Source of the DNA: an uncultured Nitrososphaerota archaeon
Lineage (GTDB): Archaea; Thermoproteota; Nitrososphaeria; Nitrososphaerales; CADDZS01
DNA: 64,000 nucleotides
Assembly (NCBI GenBank): GCA_963799845.1
Contig: CAWCYI010000006.1
Coordinates: forward strand, 928,001 to 992,000
Direction of reading: 5' to 3'
Within the stretch, counting starts at the first letter, position 1; the number at the start of each line of letters is the position of its first letter. Below, piece after piece: positions 21,471 through 30,976 of the stretch. A program made the position numbers and the translations under genes. Below the pieces are notes generated by a model, which searched no databases, was not told the DNA's origin, and saw nothing but the letters and a program-made list of their open reading frames with translations.

Positions 21471-21776
21471 ATGATCGGCTTGATCATCATCTGGAAAGCG
21501 GATTATGAAGGAGAGCACTTCGAGGAGGACCTCCGGAAACTGCAGGCGCTTCAAAAGCACATTCAGGAGGAGATCGGCGGAACAGCAGAGGGACCGTTTC
21601 TGCCGCAAGACGCTTCCGTCGTGTACATCTTCCATGTGAAGGAATATGAATGGCTCAACAAGGCCGGCCGAATCTACTTTTCCGAAGTCGCAAAGCAAAA
21701 TCTCGCCTTGTTCCAAAATCGTACGAGGTCGCAGTGACTCCGGAAGAATTTTTCGGAAAGTAGCATTTTGAAATAG
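21471..21776 (+). CDS. Hypothetical protein, 3' end possibly frameshifted
   Basis: Follows the methyltransferase closely; GGTAEGPFLPQD. Confidence 0.5.
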
Positions 21777-21831
21777 AATAGGGGCTCTCAACGCCTTTTT
21801 CCTTTTCTTTTTTTCAGTAGCTTATTGTAAA

Positions 21832-22920
21832 TAGGAGTTACGCGGTTGACCCAAGAAGATAGATTGGGTGTGCAATGTAGCTCCTTATCGCATCTCTGAC
21901 GATTCTCGCCTTCGCTTCGTACCAGCTTATCCCGGTCATCAATCTGCACAATTCTAGACGTATGAACGCCCTTATTGACATGTGGATGTGATTCAGAATG
22001 GATGTCGCCTTCCTGACCTGAGCCCTCTCAATGCCACAACACTGCTTGACTCCTCTGTGGTACTCCTCGATTCCCCATCCTTGGTCAGAGAGTTCATCTC
22101 TCTTTTCCTCATTCATCCCAACGTCATCGGTAGCCCAGTGTTCAATGTCTCCTTTCTTGGAGGCTGTCCTGAACACCCTGACCATTCCGAATCCCATGAG
22201 ATGAACCGTGGTTCCCTCAGGCGGGATCTCCACGTCCTTGATTGGTTTGTTTCCTTTTTTTCTGCCCGTTGGATTGACGAGCCTGTTCTCCTTGAGGCGG
22301 CAGAAGAAATGCCACCCGAGCTCCCTTGCGATGAGCTTCAGATTTTCCATGCTCGAGTACCAGCTGTCAAAGAGGACGTATTTTGGTTCCATCCCTCTCT
22401 GCTTTGCAACCAACAACATGTCCTGGAAGTGATCGTTCTTGGTGAGACCGTCTTTTGACGCATTGTAGAGTCTAAAGTCACATGGAATGAGGGCGTTACC
22501 ATCGCTCCATAGTGTTGTGATGAGATTTATCCCCTTCACCACACTGTGGTGTTTTCCGCTCCAGTGGTACGTGACGTAATCCATCTTCTCCGCGTACGGT
22601 TTGTCCAGAGTTGAATCATCGACTATCAGTACTCCTCCCGCAGTAACGGCGATGATCCTCTTCGCCTCATCCCAGAGCGCTTCTGTATCCGCAGGCAGTC
22701 TCTCCAGAAGGCGGGTGAAGCTATCGTGTGCTGGCGGCGTGACTCCTGCATCATCATCAGGCTGACATCTAGCAGCTTCGGTGCAAGCGAATGATTTCTG
22801 GGATGCTATCAGGAAGTCTATGTAGTCATTGTCATCGCATTTTGGAGGGTTCATGCAGCGTCTGATGAACCAGAGAAACAATCCTGGCCAAATTCTTTTC
22901 GGCCAAATGCGTAACTCCTA
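21832..22920 (-). mobile_element. IS701-family insertion sequence
   Basis: IR TAGGAGTTACGC / GCGTAACTCCTA. Confidence 0.88.
21838..22854 (-). CDS. IS701-type DDE transposase
   Basis: LIVDDSTLDKPY, VLFDSWY, WGIEEYHRGVKQ. Confidence 0.9.
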   Translation of the reverse strand: MNPPKCDDNDYIDFLIASQKSFACTEAARCQPDDDAGVTPPAHDSFTRLLERLPADTEALWDEAKRIIAVTAGGVLIVDDSTLDKPYAEKMDYVTYHWSGKHHSVVKGINLITTLWSDGNALIPCDFRLYNASKDGLTKNDHFQDMLLVAKQRGMEPKYVLFDSWYSSMENLKLIARELGWHFFCRLKENRLVNPTGRKKGNKPIKDVEIPPEGTTVHLMGFGMVRVFRTASKKGDIEHWATDDVGMNEEKRDELSDQGWGIEEYHRGVKQCCGIERAQVRKATSILNHIHMSIRAFIRLELCRLMTGISWYEAKARIVRDAIRSYIAHPIYLLGSTA

Positions 22921-23060
22921 GTAAAGATAACGTAATAAAACAGTGCGCCGTATTCTGCCCGCTCCCACAGGCAATCCAGATAAGAGTAGGAAGGAGTTCC
23001 TTGCGTATAAATGCCAAGCAAAGTCAGCTAGCTGACTGACTAGCTAGGTAGTTAGCTAAG

Positions 23061-23147
23061 AGACTAGACTAAATAAGAAAGACATAGAAGCATAAGCAAG
23101 AAGAGAGGCTACCCAACACACGCAACACACACACACACACACACTCA
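23061..23147 (+). repeat. Left terminal inverted repeat with (AC)10
   Basis: AGACTAGACTAAATAAGAAAGACATAG...CGCA(AC)10TCA. Confidence 0.95.
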
Positions 23148-23846
23148 ATAGTAATCTGAATAGTAAATGCTCGAAGGGGTCTTATTATTCAAAACCTTCA
23201 TTGTCCTTTCATTATTCCAAAATTTGATGTAAGTATCTAGGTTCTTTTGAGTTAGATCGTCTCGAAACTCGTATTGTAATCTCCCGAAAAATGCTTCGAG
23301 TGTTGAACTTAGAAACTTACTCTCGCTAGTAATTGGAAAGGTATCTATCCATTTACCCAAAACACTCTTTGAATATTTTCTCTGAATCATTGAATCTAAA
23401 GCGAAATGAAGTTTATGAGAATAGTTAGGCAGAGTTTGAAGAGATTGTTTAAGGCATTCGTCTAATTTGAACCAGTGAGGATACTGATAAGACCGTGAAA
23501 CAATTTCTTTTGGTGCATGTTTTAGACAAGCATGCACTATCAGACGAGATGCCACATCTTGAATAGCGAATAGAACCACTGGAGAATCATAGACTTTGAT
23601 TCTATCTTTAGGTTTGAATTCTCGTCTAGTCCATTTATTGAACTGAGAACTATCGTAATTCCAACGCAACCATTTAGGCAGAAAGACTACATTTTCCCCG
23701 ATATTGATTCGTGTATTTCCTCTAGGTCTAGGAGTGTGCGGTTTATTGTATAGACGGTAATCGTGAAACTTCTTAGGCATTCTTCGAGTGAGAAAACAGA
23801 AATCTGCAACCCAAAGAGAATTCGGCTTTGTGATAACTTCGAGCAT
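23145..23846 (-). CDS. Divergent retroviral-type (rve/IS3/IS481-like) DDE integrase
   Basis: PNSLWVADF, FAIQDVASRLI, FALDS, LEAFFGRLQYE, YIKFWNNER...LNNKTP. Confidence 0.8.
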   Translation of the reverse strand: MLEVITKPNSLWVADFCFLTRRMPKKFHDYRLYNKPHTPRPRGNTRINIGENVVFLPKWLRWNYDSSQFNKWTRREFKPKDRIKVYDSPVVLFAIQDVASRLIVHACLKHAPKEIVSRSYQYPHWFKLDECLKQSLQTLPNYSHKLHFALDSMIQRKYSKSVLGKWIDTFPITSESKFLSSTLEAFFGRLQYEFRDDLTQKNLDTYIKFWNNERTMKVLNNKTPSSIYYSDYY

Positions 23847-23850
23847 ACTA

Positions 23851-24974
23851 ACCTGGCCGACATAAGTTCATAGACACCTGTTGGTCAGAAGGAATTTCTT
23901 CATGTCAAGATGCGAGCAAAACCTTCGCGTTCGATAGTATTCTGCCAGGATTGATTTCAGTTCTTTCAATGACGTCGGAAAGGTTGGAAGCCTTGAGAGA
24001 TCCTTCTCACCCTCGCGCCAACACTCCTCCATCATGTTGAACTCTGGCGAAGCTGTCGGGATCCATCTGACTCTGAGAGTCTTCCTGTTCTTACCCAAAT
24101 AATCAGTTACGATCCTGGTTTTGTGGTGTTGCCTTGCTTTGTCAAGGAAGAGATAGAGTGATCCAAACTTCCTGTGCACCTTCTTCAGGTAGTCGAGGAA
24201 TGTCTCGCCATTGAATTTCTCGTACTGCCTGAAGATTTGTGTCCCGTCCAGGCTGATCGCTCCAAACACCACGGTGTTGCCGTGCGAGCCTGACACAATC
24301 CGAATCGGTCGAATCCCTTTGACCGCCCACACCCTTTTGGTTTCTATGTTCTGGACGAAGATTGATTCGTCTTCGGATGCTACGGTGAAGCCTTCCGGGA
24401 TATTCCTGAGGAGTCTTGCGGTCCTTTTTTAAATTCGAGCCTCTCTTCGAGGGAAGCCTTGTGAAGTAACCTCTTGTCAGGGACAATTGCTCTCACTCCC
24501 CACTTCTGCATCAACCTGTAGATGTGTCTCTCAGTGTATGCCACGTCTGCTTCCTTGCGGATCATCTCCCTGACCTCCTTCACGGTCCAGCCGCATTCGT
24601 TCTTCACGACCTTCCTCTTCACCGCAATGAACTTGTTGTGATCGAGCTTCGGAGGTCTCCCGCTCCTTTCCATCGTCTTGAGTCCTTCTAGCCCATCTTT
24701 CTCGAAACGTCTAAGCCACGGTGTCGTCCATGATTTGTGCCGGTGAACTTCCCTTGCTACGTGCGACGCCGGGACACCCTCGTACTTGACCTTCAGAACG
24801 AGGAATATCCTCTTGCTTACGTTTGCGTCCCTCTCCTCTCTATAAGCCTCTTCAACAATCTCCTTCGGTGCCTGTAATCGAGACATACAACCTGAGATAG
24901 GAAGGGAAGTTGGCCAAAAATGAGAATGTCTAGGTCTGTGGCCCTTTCAGTCTAATAATTTATGTCGGCCAGGT
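23851..24974 (-). mobile_element. IS630-family element, copy 1
   Basis: IR ACCTGGCCGACATAA, TA duplication; matches 38843-39966. Confidence 0.95.
23868..24886 (-). CDS. IS630 transposase (two ORFs, probable programmed frameshift)
   Basis: HTH ORF 24380-24886 plus DDE ORF; TTTAAAAAAG slippery site is present in both copies. Confidence 0.9.
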
Positions 24975-25435
24975 TAAATTCTCCCCTTAAGATAAATCTC
25001 GAAATATCTCTCTGTAGCACGCAGATATTTCGGTTCAAATTGTTGAACGAGTTTTTGTATTGGCAAAGTGCGAGCGTTTTTTATTTTCCAATAATATTCG
25101 GCAACATACCTAAGAAAGAATTCGTAATTGGGTTCAGAATCAAATTGCTGAATGGTTTTCATCAATTCTAAAATTGTTTCTTCCGTCTTGAATTCATTCT
25201 CATTAAGGTTAGGATTATGTTTCACAATTTTCTTTGAAAGCGAGTCTGCTCTTTCTCTAAGGGTATTTTCCTCAGTTATCGTATTACTGATTGGAGAATC
25301 TCCGAGTTTTGAAAATCTCTTCCTTCGTTGTCTCATTCGCATTCTAGACGCAATTTTATCTTCAAATTGATAATCAGGATTCCTCTTACGGTATTTTTTC
25401 ATGTAGTCTTTCATTCGTTCCTTACTAAGTGGCAT
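24974..25435 (-). CDS. Basic helical protein (orfA) co-transcribed with the integrase
   Basis: MPLSKERMKDYMKKYRKRNP; with IS630 removed its TAG lies 1 nt before the integrase ATG. Confidence 0.75.
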   Translation of the reverse strand: MPLSKERMKDYMKKYRKRNPDYQFEDKIASRMRMRQRRKRFSKLGDSPISNTITEENTLRERADSLSKKIVKHNPNLNENEFKTEETILELMKTIQQFDSEPNYEFFLRYVAEYYWKIKNARTLPIQKLVQQFEPKYLRATERYFEIYLKGRI

Positions 25436-25670
25436 GAGGTTAGTTTTACTTTAAGGCGATAGTTAAGGGTTTACGAACCCTATCTTTTGGGAAAGAAATA
25501 ATGTTAGAGACTCAGTATGAAGAAAATCACCTGACTTATTACAAATGCGGATACTGCAAGAATCAAGTGAGGGATTTAGAACTATGTTGGATTGTCTCTC
25601 AACGTATCGGAATATGCTATAGTTGTGCTGAACGTGTAGGTTTACGAACAGTATATAGTGAGAACTGAAA

Positions 25671-25958
25671 ATGGTTTTTGGCACTATAGACCCGATGGAT
25701 GATAATAAGAAAAGTAGGCAGTTTGCCTTCAAAGTTTTGAAAACGATTGTTCCATGTGCGAAGCGAAAGGCAATCGCGGTTCTTGCTCTAAAATCAGGAC
25801 ATACGAGCCGTTATGTAAAAGATGAAGTTATTAAACTACTAATTGACTCTGGAGAATTAATCGAAGATGAAAACGAAAATATTTCTTTTGCTCCGCTAGA
25901 AACTGGAGAACTTTCCACTGATTCAAACGGGAATCATATTCCTGAAAAAAAGAAGTGA
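25671..25958 (+). CDS. Element cargo: possible winged-helix protein
   Basis: 95 aa; ...YVKDEVIKLLIDSGELIEDENENI. Confidence 0.6.
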   Translation: MVFGTIDPMDDNKKSRQFAFKVLKTIVPCAKRKAIAVLALKSGHTSRYVKDEVIKLLIDSGELIEDENENISFAPLETGELSTDSNGNHIPEKKK

Positions 25959-25965
25959 ATGAATT

Positions 25966-26265
25966 ATGCTCTCGAAGATAGAAAGCGTAAACAGTGATCG
26001 TTCCTCAAAGAATTTTGAGGATTTAGTCTACAACTCGCCAGTTTCCAATAATGGAAGCGTTAGAGTGAGAGATGGGAGTCTACGCGATACCTTCGATATT
26101 TCCTTATCTCGAAGTCGTCGATTTTGCTCAGAATGTAACATACGAAAAACAGTATGGTTATTTTGCTCTAACTATGAGAGCGTTATCAATATGCCGTTTA
26201 GGCTTTGTTTCTTTTGCATTCAAAGACACTCGATTATTCTAGCACAATTTAGAAGTGAATATTAG
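25966..26265 (+). CDS. Element cargo: CxxC...CxxC zinc-binding protein
   Basis: FCSECN...LCFFCIQRH. Confidence 0.6.
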   Translation: MLSKIESVNSDRSSKNFEDLVYNSPVSNNGSVRVRDGSLRDTFDISLSRSRRFCSECNIRKTVWLFCSNYESVINMPFRLCFFCIQRHSIILAQFRSEY

Positions 26266-26267
26266 TT

Positions 26268-26597
26268 TTGGTGCATAGACGTTCTGAACATTCTCACTAT
26301 AAGGATGCACTCGATTTTCTAAAACGCATTGTTAGAGAAGAGGGTAGAAAGGATGAATCACAACTTGTTAATCTCTTCAATGGAAACGATAGACTAGTTC
26401 AAGCACAATTAGACCAATGGAAAGAAAAGGGACTAGTAAAACCAGAACGTCTAAGCGTTAAAGAAAGAAAAATCGTAGAAAGACCTAGACCTAGAATTTC
26501 CCCATTTTACAGATTAGACACTGTTAATCGAAATGGTAGAAAGATACTCGTTGCTAGGGCGAAGAACGGCAGATTTGTAAAATTAACATCAAGTTGA
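26268..26597 (+). CDS. Element cargo: basic protein
   Basis: 109 aa; ends RAKNGRFVK. Confidence 0.6.
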   Translation: MVHRRSEHSHYKDALDFLKRIVREEGRKDESQLVNLFNGNDRLVQAQLDQWKEKGLVKPERLSVKERKIVERPRPRISPFYRLDTVNRNGRKILVARAKNGRFVKLTSS

Positions 26598-26601
26598 GAC
26601 T

Positions 26602-26754
26602 ATGGACAGAATAAAGCAATTAGAAAATAAAGTGTATAGACTTGAACGTTTGGTCTACCAAACAAAGTATTACTACACGCATAGAAGAGAACGCATAGAA
26701 TATCAGTTACAGCGCTATTATGCCCTAAAGGCTAAACGGAAAACTGCGAAGTGA
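26602..26754 (+). CDS. Element cargo: 50-aa basic microprotein
   Basis: MDRIKQLENKVYRLERLVYQTKYYYTHRRERIEYQLQRYY...; overlaps the next gene by GTGA. Confidence 0.6.
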   Translation: MDRIKQLENKVYRLERLVYQTKYYYTHRRERIEYQLQRYYALKAKRKTAK

Positions 26755-26921
26755 ATTTAAGAAAATACATTTTGGAAGTGTTTGAAACGACAAAAGTTCA
26801 CGGAGAAAGGGCAGAGAAAATGAAACAAGAAATTAGAGCAAAACGATTACAAAGAGAAAAGGAAGCAATTCAGAGAGAAGAGGAAATCAGTTATGATGAA
26901 CGGTATAAAGACAGAGTTTGA
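26751..26921 (+). CDS. Element cargo: 56-aa coiled-coil microprotein
   Basis: GTG start; TTGA overlap with the next gene. Confidence 0.55.
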   Translation: MNLRKYILEVFETTKVHGERAEKMKQEIRAKRLQREKEAIQREEEISYDERYKDRV

Positions 26922-27115
26922 TTAAATTGTTAGGACTACATAGAAAACAGAAAACTTACTACTGCACTTATCCAACATGCAGAGGGTATCTCAATTCGAA
27001 AAAAGACGCAATTGCTCATACAAAACAGCAACATCAAGTATTCGAAGTGAAAAATTTAGAGGAATTTCAGAAAAAGTATGGCGATAAATCTAGAGGTAAA
27101 GTTGAGAAATTATGA
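26918..27115 (+). CDS. Element cargo: C2H2 zinc-finger protein
   Basis: YYCTYPTCRGYLNSKKDAIAHTKQQH. Confidence 0.75.
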   Translation: MIKLLGLHRKQKTYYCTYPTCRGYLNSKKDAIAHTKQQHQVFEVKNLEEFQKKYGDKSRGKVEKL

Positions 27116-27258
27116 ATGATAAAGCAAAGTATGAAGAAACAGAAAACGAAATAGACGCACAGAAATTAAGAAAAATGAAACTCGAAGAGGAAGAGAGAAA
27201 GAGAAAACAGCGTTTGAATATGGTTCAAAGTGCTAGAACCGCATTAGAGAGAATGTGA
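27112..27258 (+). CDS. Element cargo: 48-aa charged coiled-coil microprotein
   Basis: ATGA overlap; MNDKAKYEETENEIDAQKLRKMKLEEEERKRKQR. Confidence 0.6.
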   Translation: MNDKAKYEETENEIDAQKLRKMKLEEEERKRKQRLNMVQSARTALERM

Positions 27259-27262
27259 GAAA

Positions 27263-27400
27263 ATGGTAGACAGAGAAATCAAGAAAGCATTCAGGAATAT
27301 TCGAAAAGAACTTTCTAAACAAGAAAGAGAGATTTTGAAAGCAGACCTGAAGGCAGACAGAGAGCGCTCTAAACTAAAGAGAAATACAGAAAGAATGTAG
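27263..27400 (+). CDS. Element cargo: 45-aa charged microprotein
   Basis: MVDREIKKAFRNIRKELSKQEREILKADL... Confidence 0.6.
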   Translation: MVDREIKKAFRNIRKELSKQEREILKADLKADRERSKLKRNTERM

Positions 27401-27535
27401 ATGCAAACTCTGGAAACATGCGCAGATTGTAATAGAGCATTATCAGTTTATTTCAGATATTGCCCTTTTCACAATTCTAAAGTTTGTGAGTATTGTTTCA
27501 AGAATCATAGAGCACTTTGTTTCAATAAGAAATGA
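27401..27535 (+). CDS. Element cargo: 44-aa Cys/His zinc-finger microprotein
   Basis: CADC...CPFH...CEYCFKNH...C; its stop codon is the first triplet of the right TIR. Confidence 0.7.
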   Translation: MQTLETCADCNRALSVYFRYCPFHNSKVCEYCFKNHRALCFNKK

Positions 27536-27613
27536 GTGTGTGTGTGTGTTGCGTGTGTTGGGTAGCCTCTCTTCTTGCTTATGCTTCTATGTCTTTCTTA
27601 TTTAGTCTAGTCT
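27533..27613 (-). repeat. Right terminal inverted repeat with (AC)7
   Basis: Reverse complement of the left TIR apart from microsatellite length. Confidence 0.95.
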
Positions 27614-28294
27614 GTTAGCTAAGTAAATTTGGCTCCTGTAACTCAGCTCCGAATCGCTTGGATTGTCTGATTAGGGCGGAAGCCCAATGCATCAAGTTCG
27701 AAGTGTTTATGGGCGGACAAAAAGTTCTGATCTACGGTGCTTCTGGAAGCGATATAACGCCCATCAACTCCAAAATACCGCCTACTTTCTTTGCGGTAGA
27801 CCTGACTTCTTAACTGGTCCTTTGTAATGTTCGTTTCTAGGGCAGTGAACGCTACATTTCTCACTAACGGAATGATTGTGCCCCTTCACTTCTTCTAAGA
27901 GCTTCTCTTTTAGTTCCTCTCTTTTGCGATAAGCCGACAATTTACGAGATCTAACCAAAGTACAGTTTTGATTCCTAATAAAAAAAGATGTCAAAATATA
28001 AGATAGTAGCAGTAAGTTGGTATCAAGTAGAGAATTCACTATAGAATAATTGACAATAAGCAGATCGGTGTGATCCACGCTTTTGACCGTTAATTCGAGA
28101 ACGTAGCAAATTCCATGTCGAGTTCAATTGAGTAATTGCCCACTTCCGAGATGTGAATAGCTGAAAGACCTAAAAGAAGCTCGACTCGTCCCCGAAACCA
28201 AACATTTTCAAGAGCTCGGTGACGACCTTGTGAAATGATCCATTAGCTATCCTTGATCTCCTTCTTCGCGTCCGGGTGGTCTGAGAAGTAGAAT

Positions 28295-29230
28295 TTGATT
28301 GAGTTCTTAGACGTCCACAAGAGCTACAAGGCCTTCCAGGCCGTAAGGGGTGTAACTTTCACCATAGAAGACAAAGAGGTCTTCGGCCTGCTCGGACCAA
28401 ACGGGGCAGGCAAGTCGACCCTGATAATGACGATGGCAACAGTCTATCGGCCGACATCCGGCGATATCCGGGTCGACGGCCACAGCGTCTTGGAGGAGCC
28501 GGGAAAGGTGAAGGAGCTGATCGGCATCAGCTTCCAGGATCCAAAGTATGACAGAATCCTTTCGGCTAGGGAGATCCTGGAATGGCACGCCAGAGTGACC
28601 GGCGTAGAAAGACAGGAAGCCAGAAGGCGCATCGACGAGGTTCTCGGTAAATTTGGCATACTGGAAGAAGCCAACAAGCGGACATGGATGCTGAGCGGGG
28701 GCACGAAGAAAAAGATCGAGAACGCCAAAGTGTTTGTCCAGCGGCCGAAGGTCGCGGTGTTTGACGAGCCTACCGCGTACCTCGACGTTCCTTCGCGTCT
28801 CATGGTCTGGAACATGATCGATGAATTGCGACAGGAGGGCACGACAGTCCTTCTTGCGACCAACATGATGGATGAGGCCGACCGAATGTCCGACAGGGTG
28901 GGAATAGTCAATAGAGGGCAGATGGCAAAGGTTGGAACCCCGTCCGAGCTCAAGGCAAGCCTGAAGGGCAAGGATATCATCGAAATGAAACTCTCAAAGA
29001 ACGCGTCCCTGTTTGTCAATGAGCTAGAGCAAATCGACGAAGTCGAGCGCGTGGCACTTTTGGACGAAGAAGATGACGCGCTCTCGATCTACCTCAGCAA
29101 TGGCCGCACCCTGCTCCCGCTGATAATCAACAAGATATCATCGAAGGGTGGGATCATCCAGAGCGTCAGCCTGAACGAACCGACTCTCGAGGACGTGTTC
29201 CTGAACTATACCGGGAGCAAGCTCGCTTGA
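28295..29230 (+). CDS. ABC-2 exporter ATP-binding subunit
   Basis: GPNGAGKST, LSGG, FDEPT. Confidence 0.92.
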   Translation: MIEFLDVHKSYKAFQAVRGVTFTIEDKEVFGLLGPNGAGKSTLIMTMATVYRPTSGDIRVDGHSVLEEPGKVKELIGISFQDPKYDRILSAREILEWHARVTGVERQEARRRIDEVLGKFGILEEANKRTWMLSGGTKKKIENAKVFVQRPKVAVFDEPTAYLDVPSRLMVWNMIDELRQEGTTVLLATNMMDEADRMSDRVGIVNRGQMAKVGTPSELKASLKGKDIIEMKLSKNASLFVNELEQIDEVERVALLDEEDDALSIYLSNGRTLLPLIINKISSKGGIIQSVSLNEPTLEDVFLNYTGSKLA

Positions 29231-29994
29231 CCGTAAGATCTCAACTCTTTATACTCTGGGCGATTGTCGCAAGGGATCTCCGAATCCTGGTAAAGTCCCC
29301 GTGGATCCTCATCCAGCGATCGGTCTTCTTCCTTATCTCGCTGTTTGTATTTGCAAATATAATCAACAAACTTGTTTCATTCCCCGGCTTCAACTACTTT
29401 GACTTCTACTCCGTCGGCGCAGTTGTTTCCACCATTACGTCAATAGCATTCATCATCGGCGCCGATCTTTTCGAGGAAGAGGAGCTCGGCATGCTGGACT
29501 ACCTCCTGAGCCTCCCATTTGGTCACACTCTCTTCGTGGTGGGAAGATCTCTCGGCGGTGCCCTAAGAGGACTTATCTACACAGCTCCTATGCTTCTTTT
29601 GGTCGCGGTCATTGACGGTTACTATTCTCCCGTGGGTATCCTCGAATCCTACGTCGTCATGTTCATTCTCGCTACCGGCATATCCGGGCTCTCAATTACA
29701 GTGGCGATGAATATCAGAAGCGAGAATCGGTTCGATGTCGTCATAGCGACCGCGGAGCTCGTAACCGTCCGCGTCAGCGCGGCGATATACCCGCTCATCT
29801 ATATTCCGCGGGCACTGCAACCAATCGCTTCCGTCTCGCCGGTTTCATCGACCGCAGACATCCTGAGAGCAATCATACTGGGTAATCCTTCGGGCCCGAC
29901 GGACATTATTCTCCTTCTCGCGTTTGTAGCCGTCTTCTTCGGACTCGGATCGGCACTGCTATTTCGAAAACTGGAGGGCGGCCGCTTTGGGTAG
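29227..29994 (+). CDS. ABC-2 permease
   Basis: 6 TM segments; operonic overlap. Confidence 0.85.
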   Translation: MTVRSQLFILWAIVARDLRILVKSPWILIQRSVFFLISLFVFANIINKLVSFPGFNYFDFYSVGAVVSTITSIAFIIGADLFEEEELGMLDYLLSLPFGHTLFVVGRSLGGALRGLIYTAPMLLLVAVIDGYYSPVGILESYVVMFILATGISGLSITVAMNIRSENRFDVVIATAELVTVRVSAAIYPLIYIPRALQPIASVSPVSSTADILRAIILGNPSGPTDIILLLAFVAVFFGLGSALLFRKLEGGRFG

Positions 29995-30802
29995 CGAGAG
30001 AAACATGGTGGAACTCATAATCGAGCGTGACTTTCGTACATTCTTTACCGACCGCTTCCTTCTCGTTGTGATGTTCGTGAACTTTACGATAGACCTGGGA
30101 GTCACCGGCTTGAGCCTCGCGGCAATGGTAAAGGGGTTCAACTATTTCCTGTATGTCGCGCCGGGAGCGAACCTGGTAACGGCGACGGTCGCCGCATTCC
30201 AGTCCGGCAGGGACATATGGCGGGAACGGATCCTCCACAATACGCAGGACTATTTGCTGACACTGCCATTCTCCAGAAGAAAGTTTGCCTTCTCAAGGCT
30301 CCTCTCCGGCATGCTCAGGACGACCGTCACGACGCTTCCGGGAACAATCGTGGTATCTCTACTTTACCGCCTCTCGTTTCCACTGTTTTTGGTGGGACTC
30401 ACGATAATGTTCATTTTTTCAGCAAGCGTGATAGGTTTGTCCGTCGTCGCGGCCGCACTAGCCAATGGGCTAGAACTTTTCACGACAGCTAGGAGCACCG
30501 TAACTGTGTATCTTTCGTTCTTCAGTACGCAATTTTATCCAGCATCCATTCTTCCGGCGCCGATTGTGATTGTTGCACAGTTCAATCCGATGACTTGGGC
30601 GGTTGATGCGTTCCGGAGTTTGCAGGTTGGTACAGTTGACCTTTCCCAGCTCAGCTGCGCTCTCAGCTCTTTCACTTGTTCTTCTACTGACGGGATACGC
30701 ATGCTACAGAAAAGTGATGATCTTCTAACGTTACCAACGAGCCTCCTGACCTTTCACAAGGCAGGCTTCTCCACGATTAATAGCTCAGTCATTCCAGTCT
30801 AG
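29987..30802 (+). CDS. ABC-2 permease, 3' end probably frameshifted
   Basis: FYPASILP...NPMTWAVDAFR. Confidence 0.82.
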   Translation: MGSERNMVELIIERDFRTFFTDRFLLVVMFVNFTIDLGVTGLSLAAMVKGFNYFLYVAPGANLVTATVAAFQSGRDIWRERILHNTQDYLLTLPFSRRKFAFSRLLSGMLRTTVTTLPGTIVVSLLYRLSFPLFLVGLTIMFIFSASVIGLSVVAAALANGLELFTTARSTVTVYLSFFSTQFYPASILPAPIVIVAQFNPMTWAVDAFRSLQVGTVDLSQLSCALSSFTCSSTDGIRMLQKSDDLLTLPTSLLTFHKAGFSTINSSVIPV

Positions 30803-30976
30803 GCTTAGCTTCTATTCCAGCTTGGCAAGAGCCCTTTAGCGGAACCCCGGCTTGAACAAATACTCTCTGCTTGGTATGATATCTGCTACATTTCGGTTTC
30901 TAGTAGCCGCCGGATTTTTCGCGATAACCAAACATGATAATAATATGGGAGTCTCGGATTATCATGATAAATCGGT

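Larger units (their letters stand above)
23061..27613. mobile_element. Novel TIR-bounded, AT-rich integrase element with micro-ORF cargo (contains a nested IS630)
   Basis: 87/81-bp inverted repeats, flanking 10-bp direct repeat GTTAGCTAAG (23051-23060, 27614-27623), DDE integrase, compositional shift. Confidence 0.85.

Noticed and set aside
27643-28078. Short minus-strand ORFs right of the TIR element
   Set aside because: No recognisable domain. They may be a decayed gene, but this cannot be supported from sequence alone.
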